Part shown: piece after piece, positions 26,151-38,820 of the stretch
How the letters are laid out: each line of letters opens with the position of its first letter
Numbering within the stretch: position 1 is the first letter of the stretch
From: Mizuhopecten yessoensis
Lineage: Eukaryota
Assembly (NCBI RefSeq): GCF_002113885.1
Contig: NW_018406484.1
Span: 281,179 to 345,178, forward strand
DNA length: 64,000 nucleotides
Reading direction: 5' to 3'
Notes under the pieces: generated by a model
Database searches by the model: none
Told to the model about the DNA's origin: nothing
What the model saw: only the letters and a program-made list of their open reading frames with translations
Made by a program: the position numbers and the translations under genes

Positions 26151-28900
26151 ATGGACGCTTTCATCAAATGTTTGCTGTTCCTGTCGATCCTTTCAATAAC
26201 AGCAGCAATACTGCAAAATGAAATTGGTGTGCATTGCACATTTCCGCCATCATGGCAAAGCAAGGTTTTCTTTGAATCTGGTGAGTTGATCATGTCTATT
26301 CCAGAACTGATGAATGCTACTGGAACATATTACTACGACTATCCCAGTCAACAGATGAGACTTGACCTCAAGGGTTTGGCATCACTAGGCAACGTGCCGC
26401 TCTCAAATACCTACATCTGGCATTTCAATGAGGTAAGGAATAAAATACATATATGTACCACTTAAATGAGTGTTCTTTTGTTATTAATACATGAAATAGT
26501 CGAAAATGGTACTTTCTTAAAACACGATAATTTGCGGTCTTGTTAATAACAGTTACTTTCCATCTATGCAACAAAGTTTTTGCCAAATCTAAACTCTTTC
26601 AATTTCCTTAAACCTTTGACTCAGACTTTGAGATATTTCAAGCAAGTGGGGCATGCATTTCAATGTTGTAGCTACAATATAACAGTCATGGATTTTCTAG
26701 CTTCTCGAGTTTTTGCTTTTATAATTTCACATAAGATATCATGTCTGACATCGGATTATGTTTTCTATCGATTGTATCAAAGATTTTTGTTTTAAGTTTC
26801 TTTCCAAAATTCGGTTAATGTATAACCTTTATATTAATCCTGTGTGAATGACTAATGGCTTATATACAAGCACGTGATCATAAAATATAACTCGCAAAAC
26901 TTTAAAGTCGTGGTATAAAATAAATTCCGACTATACGATATAATTTAGGATTCTTTTGAAGTCATCACTAATTCAAATGTTCTTTATGTAATGTATTACA
27001 GAGTACAGTATACATTATTGATAACGACAACCACACCTGTACCAAGGACAAGGATAGCGACTACATATGGAACCCATGGAATGGTGTGCCATGTGCGTGT
27101 ATTATTATGGGTTTTTATATACTTGTTTATCTACGGTCAATGTACTATTTACATTTTTCCCGCTGGATCAGTAAAGTAAATGATGCGGTACTTGTTTAAC
27201 TGAATAGCAGATATACATACCAAATTGCGTCACATGGTACATTATTACCAACTACTCATATCGAAATAGATACCAGTGTAAATATATGACGTTATATAAG
27301 AAAATATCCATACGAAGAGTTCAGACATAGCTATAAAGAACATTAAATAATATGTGGGCGTTTCATTTGATTAGCAATCAACATTTGCGATAATCTTTCT
27401 CTGGAACATTTTTCTGATTTGGAAACTATTAACTTCGTATGTTTACCATACGAACATGCATGCTATATTTCAAAAATAAGAAAATGTTATATATATGTCT
27501 TCATATAAAAACAGTGCTAAGCGTGCTTTAGAAGATTTTTACAGGTATGTAAATTTGTAATTTGTGAAACTGTTCGTTCATCAGCAAGATAATTTAAGAA
27601 ATTGTGAAAACTTATCCTCAAGCTGTAGATCCTGTGTGGATTGTTTCTGTATAGAACAATTCTCTGGATGAAGATTCTGTGATAGTGTTTAATATGATAT
27701 TGATGCGTTAACAGTGGACGCCCACTCGGACTGGCATGGTGGTGTAGGGGACTTTCAGCAGATCACAGAGCACTTCACGCTGATCAGGAAGGAACTGTAC
27801 GCTGACGTCATCCTAACGCTAGACGTTAAAGTAGGTAGGTTTGACATGAACAACAGCTTCTTTAATATTTATATGATTTGTGTGGCAACTTATCACTGTC
27901 TCTTTGTAATACTTAGAGGATCTGTTTGTCAATATATCATTTTACCGTCGTGATATTTACACGATATGTCATATCATTGTATTTTTATAATATCTCCAGG
28001 AAAGGTCTGTCCACCTATTCGTTATAACAACCAAGACAAAGACTACGACCCTGCAAGTGGAGCGATAGTCAACTACGAATTCGTGGACCCACAAGACCTT
28101 TCCGACCACAGTGTGTTTACCCTGCCCTCGTTTTGTGCCAGTGCCAAATCTTCACAGGTAAGCTAGATCATACAGATTACGTCATAGGTAAGCTGGTTCA
28201 TACAGGTAACGCCAAAGGTAAATTGGATCATACAAATAAAGACACAGGTAAGCTAGATCAAACAGAGATAACATCACGGGTACGTTTGATCATACAGGTA
28301 ACGTCAAGGGTAGCTTGATACTAAGATAACACCATCGGTAATCTTGACCATTTAGATACAGGTAAGCTAGATCAAACAGAAATTACGTCACAGGTAAGCT
28401 GGGTCATACAGAGATATAACGTCACAGGTAAGCTGGGCCATATAGATCCTCATACAATTTGTCCTTGTATAACAAGAATATCTATACCTGCATGAATCAT
28501 AGTTATTCTCAAAAAGACGAAATACCTCTTATCTTAATATTTATGCTATGATACATAAGTGAAAACTTTAATCGTACTAGTGTTACCTTTCCTTCCTCAG
28601 TAAGAACTTTATCGGGATTTTTGATTCAGTGTTTCATCAATTCCTATTCTTTTTCATCTACCTTGAATTAAGAATTTGTCTGCGTGTTGTGGTTGTAATG
28701 TTATTTCTGTTAGAAAGAAAGTACATTGACATCTGCATCATATACAACTATAAAAATATCAATAAACACTGGGCATATATCTATATTAAGTTTCTGTCTT
28801 GCCCATTTGTGATGTTTGTATGTGTTTATTCGTTTCATAGCACAGCCTAATGGGAAGAAGATCATTCTCTCCGCGGTTCCATCGACTCTTCATGGGATAG
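26151..28900 (+). CDS. EPDR: Ependymin-related secreted protein, gene B (5 exons, 236 aa)
   Basis: Exons 26151-26432, 27002-27092, 27715-27834, 28000-28157, 28841-28900, all GT-AG, 711 nt in frame. Signal peptide, CTFPPSW, GTYYYDYPSQQMRLD, TC, WNGVPLDA, CPP, VFTLPSFC. Ends RRSFSPRFHRLFMG*. Confidence 0.9.
28150..28445 (+). repeat. ~30-bp minisatellite beginning at the exon-4 donor of gene B
   Basis: Repeats of ACGTCACAGGTAAGCTGGATCATACAG that copy the exon end/donor TCACAG|GTAAGC. Confidence 0.85.
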
Positions 28901-31039
28901 AAATGATGAAGAAAAGAAGTTGGGAATGGTTGCGAGGATGTATTAGAGTAGATATAAAACAATACGTATGTAATCTAGAGTGTGTTGAATAACAAGTACT
29001 GAAAAGGTATTATAAATATATAGATGTAGGCATATGTTTATGAATGATTACAGGGATATACCGTTGAAACCAATATTTCCTTTATTGAATGTACGTGATT
29101 TCTGCACTGCCGATTATGTTTCCTTGCTATCCCCATATTCATAGTTCGTTCCAACTGTTCAGTTTGACCACTCGAATTGTTTGGGAAAGCCCCGTTAAAA
29201 ATAGCGCCGATATCGTCACGTGACAGTTTTGAAAAGATGCAGTAAACACAGGTGGTCTGACCGAGATGCGAAGTTTCCAAGGGATCTCCAGAGAGGGGCC
29301 GTCGGGCAACTTATTATCGCACTATGAAATCAATGAATATGATTCCAAGTCTATTATTCATCATCAGAAGTTAATAAGTTAATAATACAAAGTTAATAAT
29401 GTCAATATTCAAATGAAGAAATATTTGTTGGCATCTCGGCATTATTTACAGATACCAGGATACAAGACTAAACACCTTCCCTCAACCATGAGACAACACT
29501 TTCTTAAAAAGGAATATCTTCGGGACGAATATAGCCCTTTTCAAATGTTTTCATTAAATGCATGACTGCATTGGCAGTTATAACAAAGAGAAATGTTTGT
29601 GACATTTTGTTATTACAGCTCATTGTCTTTGACCACTTTATTCCAGACCATGCAGTGCATTCCCACTTTCACTGTTTCATACGCTTTAACACTTCGTAAG
29701 TCATATTAGTCATCAAACACAATAAGTATTTCTGGCAAAGCCAATATATAAGATAATTGAAAATCATATATTTTCAATAATTTACACAGAGATGTAAGCA
29801 CACTTGAAAAGGAACACTTTTTTATGTTAAAATACTTTTCACTGTAGCAATTATTGATTCTCTTGTAATGGGACATTTACTTTTTAACATCACTGTAGGC
29901 ATGGGATATATATATTTTTTTATTTTATCCATGACACAGGGCATGCAAATGTTTAGTAACAGATTCAGTACCTGCAATAATGTTTCCGTAACGTACGTAA
30001 TCCTTGCGCTATTTTTTGACCATTTGGCAACTCTTCGCTTCGTAGCTCAAGCGGTAACGGTTTTCACTCGATATCACTTCCCTCGGCAAGTCATATTGTT
30101 TACAATGAAATGGCGTGCTATGCACATGTGTTAATAGATATGACTCAGAAACAAAACGTTGGTCAGACATGTAGAAATCCCCATAGTTATCTTAAAATTA
30201 TACATTTTTATGAATCTATATAAGAAAATTCCGACTGTCTACAAGGTCATAACAGAAATTTTGCGTAAACGCGATGGTTTATTATAAGATAATTTTGTAA
30301 TAATATTGTTTTCAAGTCCTTGGTTTTCAAACTTCATATAACACAATACAGTTCCAGCACAAACGCAGGCATACACACATAGGGAGATATTAGGAAGGTG
30401 GCATATGACTAGTAGTTAGCGCCTGATAAGGCAGCTCCAGCAATTTCCTCAAAATTGTATTGATTTATGTATATGCTAATTGTATTGAATGTATAAATGG
30501 TATATTTATGTACTGTAAAGCGCTTAAGAATGGCTAGTTCTAGCTAGATAGGGCGCTATATTAAATGTTGTATATCATTTTTATTACAATAAATTTCAAA
30601 AGTATCAACTATGAAGAACAACAATCTTTGTGCTGTGACAAACATCCTAGAATGATTCCTCTATTTTAGATACTGTTAACCACCAACCCAACCCGCCACC
30701 GAAAGTACACGTATTTAAACAGGTCTATTCCATAATCTGGTGATGTGATACCAACGGTTATTCATATAGAACTAGTTATTAGCTGAAGGCTGAGTATCAT
30801 AGCTAATTTACAAAGGATTAACCAATATTTAAGTTTTTGTTCAAATCTATAAAACGCGCATTTTGGTTATTTGAAATATTTTTAATTACATTGGGATGTT
30901 TTGATAATGTGGCAGTTAAAACAGTTTGTTCAACTTTTACAAGCTCGCAACTTAATCTTGAAATAAATGTATAGCGCTCTGTATCATAGTGTTTTGATTC
31001 AAACGGACGTATGATGATAGAAATACAGGTTATTTGTTA

Positions 31040-31423
31040 CATACTTACTTATAAAATGGGTTTTTTGTATGCTATACGACACAATTGCTCTAACCCATAT
31101 CAGCCCTCGCCGTATCACACCCCAAAAGCCATATTAGCTTCCGCCGTATCACACCCCAAAACCGTATCAGCCCTTTCCGTATCAGCCCGCAAAACCCGTA
31201 TCACACCCTATTTGGAAATGTTTCGTTTTTCAATATTTCAAAAGAAAAATAGATCATAAGATAGTAGCTTTTATAAGAAAGTATAATATAAACAGAATAA
31301 AACATGCCCTTTTCCATATCACACCCAGTATCAACCCTCGACCAATATCAGGTCATCGGGCTGATATTGCAGTCTCGGATTGACACTCGGTGTGATATGG
31401 AAAAAGGCATGTATTATTCCCTA
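31040..31423. mobile_element. Non-autonomous element with long internal hairpin, absent from the second duplication unit
   Basis: Inverted arms ACATGCCCTTTTCCATATCACACC.. / ..GGTGTGATATGGAAAAAGGCATGT (31302-31412) and internal CCGTATCACACC repeats. The empty site is at ~42575. Confidence 0.7.
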
Positions 31424-33658
31424 TGTAACACAATTTGAATATAATTGTAATTTTGTTATATCAATGAGGTTAACAGCGGATGTGCTATTAAATGTACAAT
31501 GTAAAACCCAAATGGGCACGATTACACTACAAACACGGGCTCTATCAGTCTATATAAACATCTATTGTCATTTATGTATTTTCAATCGGCCTCATAATAA
31601 CTTCCACTGACTTGCTGTACTTGTTAAACTTAGTACGTCGTGCTCTCGCGATGCGGCAATTCAACCTGACGAGGAAAGTGGTTACACGAATCAAACGTTA
31701 ACGATCCTCTCTATGACTAGCGAGATGTCGTGTACTGCGCGTAAAATGTAGGTATTCAACGACACTTTGTTCATGTATAACATGACATAAAGTGAAAAGG
31801 TAAATGTCCTTATTCATAAGCCTGTGGTAATAAGATTTAATTAACAGGTAATTAAGGCATTACATAAACTGGATTATATAATAAGTTAATGTTGAACTTT
31901 TAAGTCTTCACATAATCAAATAAATAGAAAAATGCAGCAATGTAAGAATATATACCACAAAAATGATCTTTATGCTTTACGTAAATTATAAATGTCATTG
32001 TGTAGTATAAACACTAATATGACGACAGCAAACGGAAAATGCAATTTTGATTATCTGAATCAGGCTTGACCTCGTTGACAATGATTTTTTATCTACAAAT
32101 TTTAATTCAAACAAAATGTCGTTGAGAGGTGAGACTTGGTCTAGATAAATTATAACGACAGGCCAAGATCAGCACACGATAGACGAAATAACTTAACATG
32201 ATACAAACACCATCAAGATAGGAGCCAGGGCAGTTCCTCGTTCTACTATCAATAACAGTTACCTTTACATCACGTAAGTCATGTGATCATATGTTATCAA
32301 AGGAACCAATATGTGTTAGTGTTTAATTAACTAAAGCCGAAATAGAGCACAGTTGGGACCAATCTGGTTCAAGTATATTGAGAAATCTTTTGATAACCAG
32401 TTGTGTTCACATATTTCCTTTTTTGTGATTGTCTTGGTGATCTGTTATAAAAATAAAAATGAATCAATACAAAACGATCCTAAGGTATTTGAATGCCGCT
32501 AAATGTATCAAAGTTACTCACAAAGTATAGTACTTCCGATTGCCATCTCTGATCATGCCCAATACTGATGATGTGGAGTAAGCGCCGGATTTCTCCTACA
32601 TGTTATTGTAGAGGCTTCATGATGTCTTTCATTTTGTTTCCGCGTCCCCTTAGTGGGTATTCTGTACTTTTAATTTAAGATTTGTTTCTTTGTGTGTTGG
32701 AAACGTATAAGAGATATATTTTGTACTTATACGAAAAATCCACATTCATCGAATTTAAACTTTGTTTTTTTTTACAATAAATTTAACACTAGTTGATCAT
32801 GGGGAATAAATTAAACTGTTTTGTTATAAATTAATATAAACATTTTAGAGATTATTGATCTGAAATTAATCAGTATTCCTCTGATTTTTTAAGTTCATAA
32901 AGAAGAGCGAAACAGCTGTATGATGCAATATTATTACTTTTTGGCATACTGTAACATGACAAAATGTTAAAGGCGCAATCACCTTTATGAGTTACGTTCA
33001 TCTTGGCTTTAACTACAATTACAAATTGTATGGTAATTAACCCTTTCTCATGTAATCATACACTTAAAACGTTTAACAGTTATCAAAAATAGTACGTGTT
33101 GTTGAGTTTTTACGCAACAATACAAAAACAAATCTGAAAAACGTCTGGTGAAATTCTCCTTAGTGTTTCGACTTAGTCTGCGTTACAAACCAAGAGCAAG
33201 TTAAGACAGACAGAGAAACAAGGAAATTGTAATAACAGGTGACTTGGAAGTCAGTATAATATACTTATGACAATATATAATCTTATTGTAATAGCAGCAG
33301 ACATACAGCACTCCTCCCTGACGTTGTATTACTGTATGATATATACTTACAGTATGTTTCAAAGGGAGTTAACTCAGGGCTGCAATCCTAAAACTCTTTA
33401 TTGTCCGGAACAATAAAATGTACGTAAACAACAGTGAATTAAAGTTGTTATAATCATTGAATAAATATTGAAAAACAACATATATTGGAACAAACAACAT
33501 TTGCATATTAAGACGTAAATGTGGATTCAATGCATTATGATAAATATACATAGAAAATTAAAATATGACACATTTAAATATGGAATAATTTAATAAAGAT
33601 AAAATATCACGAAATGTTTGAAAATATATAATATCGAGGAATACTTATCTTATCTTCT

Positions 33659-33690
<32 letters not shown>

Positions 33691-33719
33691 GATATTTGTA
33701 TAACCACATAGCACCGTTA

Positions 33720-34971
33720 TAATTAAGTGTCATCTGTGGTCGTCGATTTCAAATAAAGTGTTATCTGTGGGCGTCGATTTCTAATTAAGTGTTACCTGTG
33801 GTCGTCGATGTCTGTTTAAGTGTTATCTGTTGGTCGTCGATGTCTTATTAAGTGTTATCTTTGGTCGTCGATGTTTAATTAAGTGTTATCTGTTGGTCGT
33901 CGATGTCTGATTAAGTGTTATCGGTGGTCGTTGATATCTAATTAAGTATTATCTGTGGTCGTCGCCGTCTAAGTAAGTGTTATCTGTGGGCGTCGATTTC
34001 TAATTAAGTGTTATATGTTGTCGTCGATGTCTAATGAAGTGTTATCTGTGGGCGTCGATTTCTAATTAAGTGTTATCTGTGGTCGTCGATGTCTGATTAA
34101 GTGTTATCTGTGGTCGTTGATATCTAATTAAGTGTTATCTGTGGTCGTCGATGTCTAATTAAGTGTCATCTGTGGTCGTCGATGTCTAATTAAGTGTTAT
34201 ATGTTGTCGTCGATGTCTAATTTAGAGTTATCTGTGGTCGTCGATGTCTAATTTAGAGTTATCTGTGGTCGTCGATGACTAATTAAGTGTTATCTGTGGT
34301 CGTCGATGTCTAATTAAGTGTTATCTGTGGTCGTCGATTTCTAATTAAGTGTTATCTGTGGTCGTCAATGTCTAATTAAGTGTTATCTGTTGGTCGTCGA
34401 TGTCTAATTAAGTATTATCTGTGGTCGTCGATGTCTAATGAAGTGTTATCTGTGGTCGTCAATGTCTAATTAAGTGTTATCTGTGGTCGTCGAAGTCTAA
34501 TTAAGTGTTATCTGTGGTCGTCGATGTCTAATGAAGTGTTATCTGTGGTCGTCAATGTCTAATTAAGTGTTATCTGTTGGTCGTCGATGTCTAATTAAGT
34601 ATTATCTGTGGTCGTCGATGTCTAATGAAGTGTTATCTGTGGTCGTCAATGTCTAATTAAGTGTTATCTGTGGTCGTCGAAGTCTAATTAAGTGTTATCT
34701 GTGGTCGTCGACGTCTAATTAAGGGTTATCTGTGGTCGTCGATGTCTAATTAAGTGTTATCTGTGGTCGTCGAAGTCTAATTAAGTGTTATCTGTGGTCG
34801 TCGACGTCTAATTAAGTGTTATTTGTGGTCGTCGATGTCTAATTAAGTGTTATCTGTGGGCGTCGATGTTTAATTAAGTGTTATCTGTGGTCGTCGATGT
34901 CTAATGAAGTGTTATCTGTGGTCAAGAATGTCTAATTAAGTGTTATCTGTGGTCGTTGATGTCTAATTAAG
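33720..34971. repeat. 31-bp minisatellite (~40 copies) preceded by a T28 tract (33663-33690)
   Basis: Unit AATTAAGTGTTATCTGTGGTCGTCGATGTCT. Confidence 0.97.
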
Positions 34972-36022
34972 ACTGACGAGACACCTACAGCTTCAGTTTC
35001 TATCAGCGTATGGAAAGTAGTGTCTACGGTATAATCAAAGTTCCCTGGCCTCGTATAATCAAAGTTCCCTGGCCTCGTATGATCAAAGTTCCTCTGTCTA
35101 GTTGAATCAAATTTCCATGGTCTCGTATAATCATAGTACTTTGTTCTCGTATAATCAAACCGTCATGGGTTATTGCAGTTCAAGTTCAATGGCCTTTTGA
35201 TACTTAGTTGACTTAAAACTTGCTGGTACGTATGATCACGCCTGACTGAAAACGGTATCCAACTTGGAACCTAGAATTATAAATTTAGTTATCTGGACAG
35301 ATATGGAATGTTAATAACAAAACATATACATGTTAATGGAATGAATGAAATTATAAATCAATAAGTTTAACGTGGATTTGTAGCATGCAACATATTGAAA
35401 GGACGTGCAACTTGTGTTCACTGATAATTATGTAACAATATTCATGTCGAAATATATAGTGTAAAAATGCGCACGAGGTTATATAACAAGTAATAATTAA
35501 AACATGAAACAATGGTTATGGATATATATAATATGTTACTGTGTGGCTGATGACTAAACCTGATCAGATTAATTTGTATTAAAAAAGTGATTCCGAAACA
35601 AACAGCTTTGGAACATAAATTTCTCGGCCTAATGAGAACGTTAAAAATGCTAGTAAGGGGAGGCAAATCTGATATTGTATAAGGATATTCTATCACACAG
35701 GTGGTATGCCAGAATCTATTTCCCATAAACGTTTCCCTGTTAGATTTGTATATTATCACACTAATCAGGGCTTTTAGTGTGAACAATTTTCTCATCGCCA
35801 TTACATGTTTTATCCACGATTTTATCCATGTGCTTGCGATGATACAATTGTTCGAATGACACTGTAAATACAGTAGTGTGGATAAACCGCTTACCATATA
35901 TACTACCTAACATATTCTCTATTAAAATAAAAGTCAGCTAAATTCCATCACTTTCTTTTGACTTCTAGGCCTGTCCCAGTGATAAGTGAATGTTATAATG
36001 ATTAAGTTAATAATGTAATCAT

Positions 36023-36230
36023 GTAAATAGGTAATACAATACCAAGTATACTTACTCAGATAACGGCATCATAACGTAGAATAATTCTGTAAATAGGTAA
36101 TACAATACCAAGTATACGTACTCAGATAACGGCATCATAACGTAGAATAGTTCTGTAAATAGGTAATACAATACCAAGTATACGTACTCAGATAACGGCA
36201 TCATAACGTAGAATAATTCTATAAATAGGG
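36023..36230. repeat. 66-bp tandem repeat (3 copies; ~4 copies at 37802-38070; single copy at ~25018)
   Basis: GTAAATAGGTAATACAATACCAAGTATACGTACTCAGATAACGGCATCATAACGTAGAATAATTCT repeated. Confidence 0.9.
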
Positions 36231-36977
36231 AGTAAGGAAACCTCTATCTAACGTGTACCTTGGCGACGACGACAGCCAAACAATGTAAAGATTATACTGT
36301 GCCGTATGGCCACTTCATCCATTAAGGTGTATCTAAAGTGTGTTCCGAAATATATCGGTACACCACAGAGAACATTAAAAGATGTCCATACATTTGTTAA
36401 CCCTTTATAACGTTACAAATGTTCAACTTTTCTCTACAACAGATACAGTGTAGCATATCCTTAAACTGCAATTTTATGTCAGCAGTGCCAGAACAATTCC
36501 AGCTACACGGTTTCGGCAAAAGTGGTAGTCCATCAGCAGAGTCAACCAGCAGTGCCCACCATCTTTTTGCGTAAAACATAAACATGGAATAATCAGATTA
36601 TAATTCATTATTTCACCAGTTTAGCATGGGGTCTCTTACTTTAAGATATGTAATGAAGGTAATATCATCATTACATATGTTTTACTTCTCTACCTGACGC
36701 CAAGAAAAGACGAAAGTGCTGGTCACCAGAAATGCTGTCAACGGAATACATGAAAGTCGAAGGGTTTTTTATGAATATTGTATATTTTACTCCAAGAAAA
36801 AAAATGATTAAAGTTTATCGGTACACTTTTATCAATGAACTATCATTCTATATTTTATATCTCGAAGTGTTTAATCTGATTGTCAGCAAAATACCCTACA
36901 ACCTCTCATACTGTACCTACGTATTAAATTTAACGATAACTCAGTGATAGGCTAAACAATTCAGATAGCGTACAAAC

Positions 36978-37259
36978 ATGGACGCTTTCATCAAATGTTT
37001 GCTGTTCCTGTCGATGCTTTCAATAACATCAGCACTACTGCAAAATGATATTGGTGTGCATTGTACATTTCCGCCATCATGGCAAAGCAAGGTTTTCTTT
37101 GAATCTGGTGAGGTGCTCATGTCGATACCAGAAGTGATGAACGGTACTGGGACGTATTACTACGACTATCCCAGTCAACAGATGAGATTTGACCTCAAAC
37201 TCCAGGCATCACTAGGCAACGTGCGGCTCTCAAATACCTATATCTGGCATTTCAATGAG
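36978..37259 (+). CDS. EPDR: Intact exon 1 of ependymin-related gene C (first copy; downstream intron cut by N at 37801)
   Basis: 94 open codons ending GAG|GTAAGG, close paralogue of gene B exon 1. The following intron matches 39103-39642 and stops at the single N just before exon 2 would start. Spliced to 39675 it gives a complete 236-aa protein. Confidence 0.75.
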
Positions 37260-38820
37260 GTAAGGAATAAAAACATATGTGAACCACTCAAACGAGTATT
37301 GTTTAGTTATGAATACATGAAATAGTCGAAAATGATACTTTCTTAACACACGATCAGTTGTGTGCATGTAAGCAAGAGCTACTTTGCCTCTATACAACAA
37401 TGGTTTGGCCAAGTCTAAACTCTTTCAATTTCCTCATACCTTTGACGCAGACTTTGATATATTACAAGCAAGTGAGACATGTACTTTAATGGTGTAGCTC
37501 CAATAACAACAATAGATTTTTAGCTTCTCGAGTATTTCCTTTGATAATTTCACATAAGACATCATGTTTAACATAGAATTATGTTTTCTCTCGATTGCAT
37601 CAAAGGTCTATGTTTTAAGTGTCTTTCTAATACAATGTATAAAGGCTATGGGAAACACCGAATATGCCAACTTGTGTGAATGACTGATGGCTAATATACA
37701 AGCACGTGATCATAAAATATAACTCGCTGAAATTTAGAGCCGTGGTATAAAAAAAATCAGACTATACGATATAATTGATGATTCTTGTGTTATAATCACT
37801 NCATTCTGTAAATAGGTAATACAATACCAAATACGTACTCAGATAACGGCATCATAACGTAGAATAGTTCTGTAAATGGTAATACAATACCAAGTATACG
37901 TACTCAGATAACGGCATCATAACGTAGAATAATTCTGTAAATAGGTAATACAATACAAAGTATACGTACTCAGATAACGGCATCATAAGGTAGAATAATT
38001 CTATAAATAGGTAATACAATACCAAGTATACGTACTCAGATAACGGCATCATAACGTAAAATAATTCTGAGTAAGGAAACCTCTATCGAACGGGTACCTT
38101 GGCGACGACGACAGCCAAACAATGTAAAGATTATACTGTGCCGTATGGCCACTTCATCGATTAAGGTGTGTTCCGAAATATATCGGTACACCACAGAGAA
38201 CATTAAAAGATGCCCATACATTTGTTAACCCTTTATAACGTTACAAGTGTTCAACTTTTCTCTACAACAGATAGCATATTCTTACACTGCAATTTTATGT
38301 CAACAGTGCCAGAACAATTCCAGCTACACGGTTTCGGCAAAAGTGGTAGTCCACCAGCAGAGTCAACCAGTAGAGTCCACCATCTTTTTGCGTAAAACAG
38401 AAACGTGGAATAATCAGATTATAATACATCATATAGAAGACGAATGATATCGTTTATTTCACCAGTTTAGCATGGGGTCTCTTACTTTAAGATATGTAAT
38501 GAAGGCAATATCATCATTACATATGTTTTACTTCTTTACCTGACGCCAAGAAAAGACAAGAGTGCTGGTCACCAGAATTGCTGTCAACGGAATACAGGAA
38601 AGTCGAAGGTTTTTTTATGTATATTGTATACATTAATCCAAGAAAATTTGATTAAAGTTTATCGGTACACTTTTATCAATGAACTATCATTTTATATTTT
38701 ATATCTCGAAGTGTTTAATCTGATTGTCAGCAAATACCCTACAACCTCTCATACTGTACTTACGTATTAAATTTAACGATAACTCAGTGATAGGCTAAAC
38801 AATTCAGATAGCGTACAAAC

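Noticed and set aside
31666-31700. Other CTGACGA/CTGATGA occurrences (31666, 34974, 42987) as hammerheads
   Set aside because: No stem II followed by a correctly spaced GAAA and NUH.
22605-35897. Assorted 60-151-aa ORFs in intergenic DNA (e.g. 22605-22997, 35442-35897)
   Set aside because: Composition is typical of random AT-rich sequence, there are no motifs, and the 35442 frame is not preserved in the duplicated unit.
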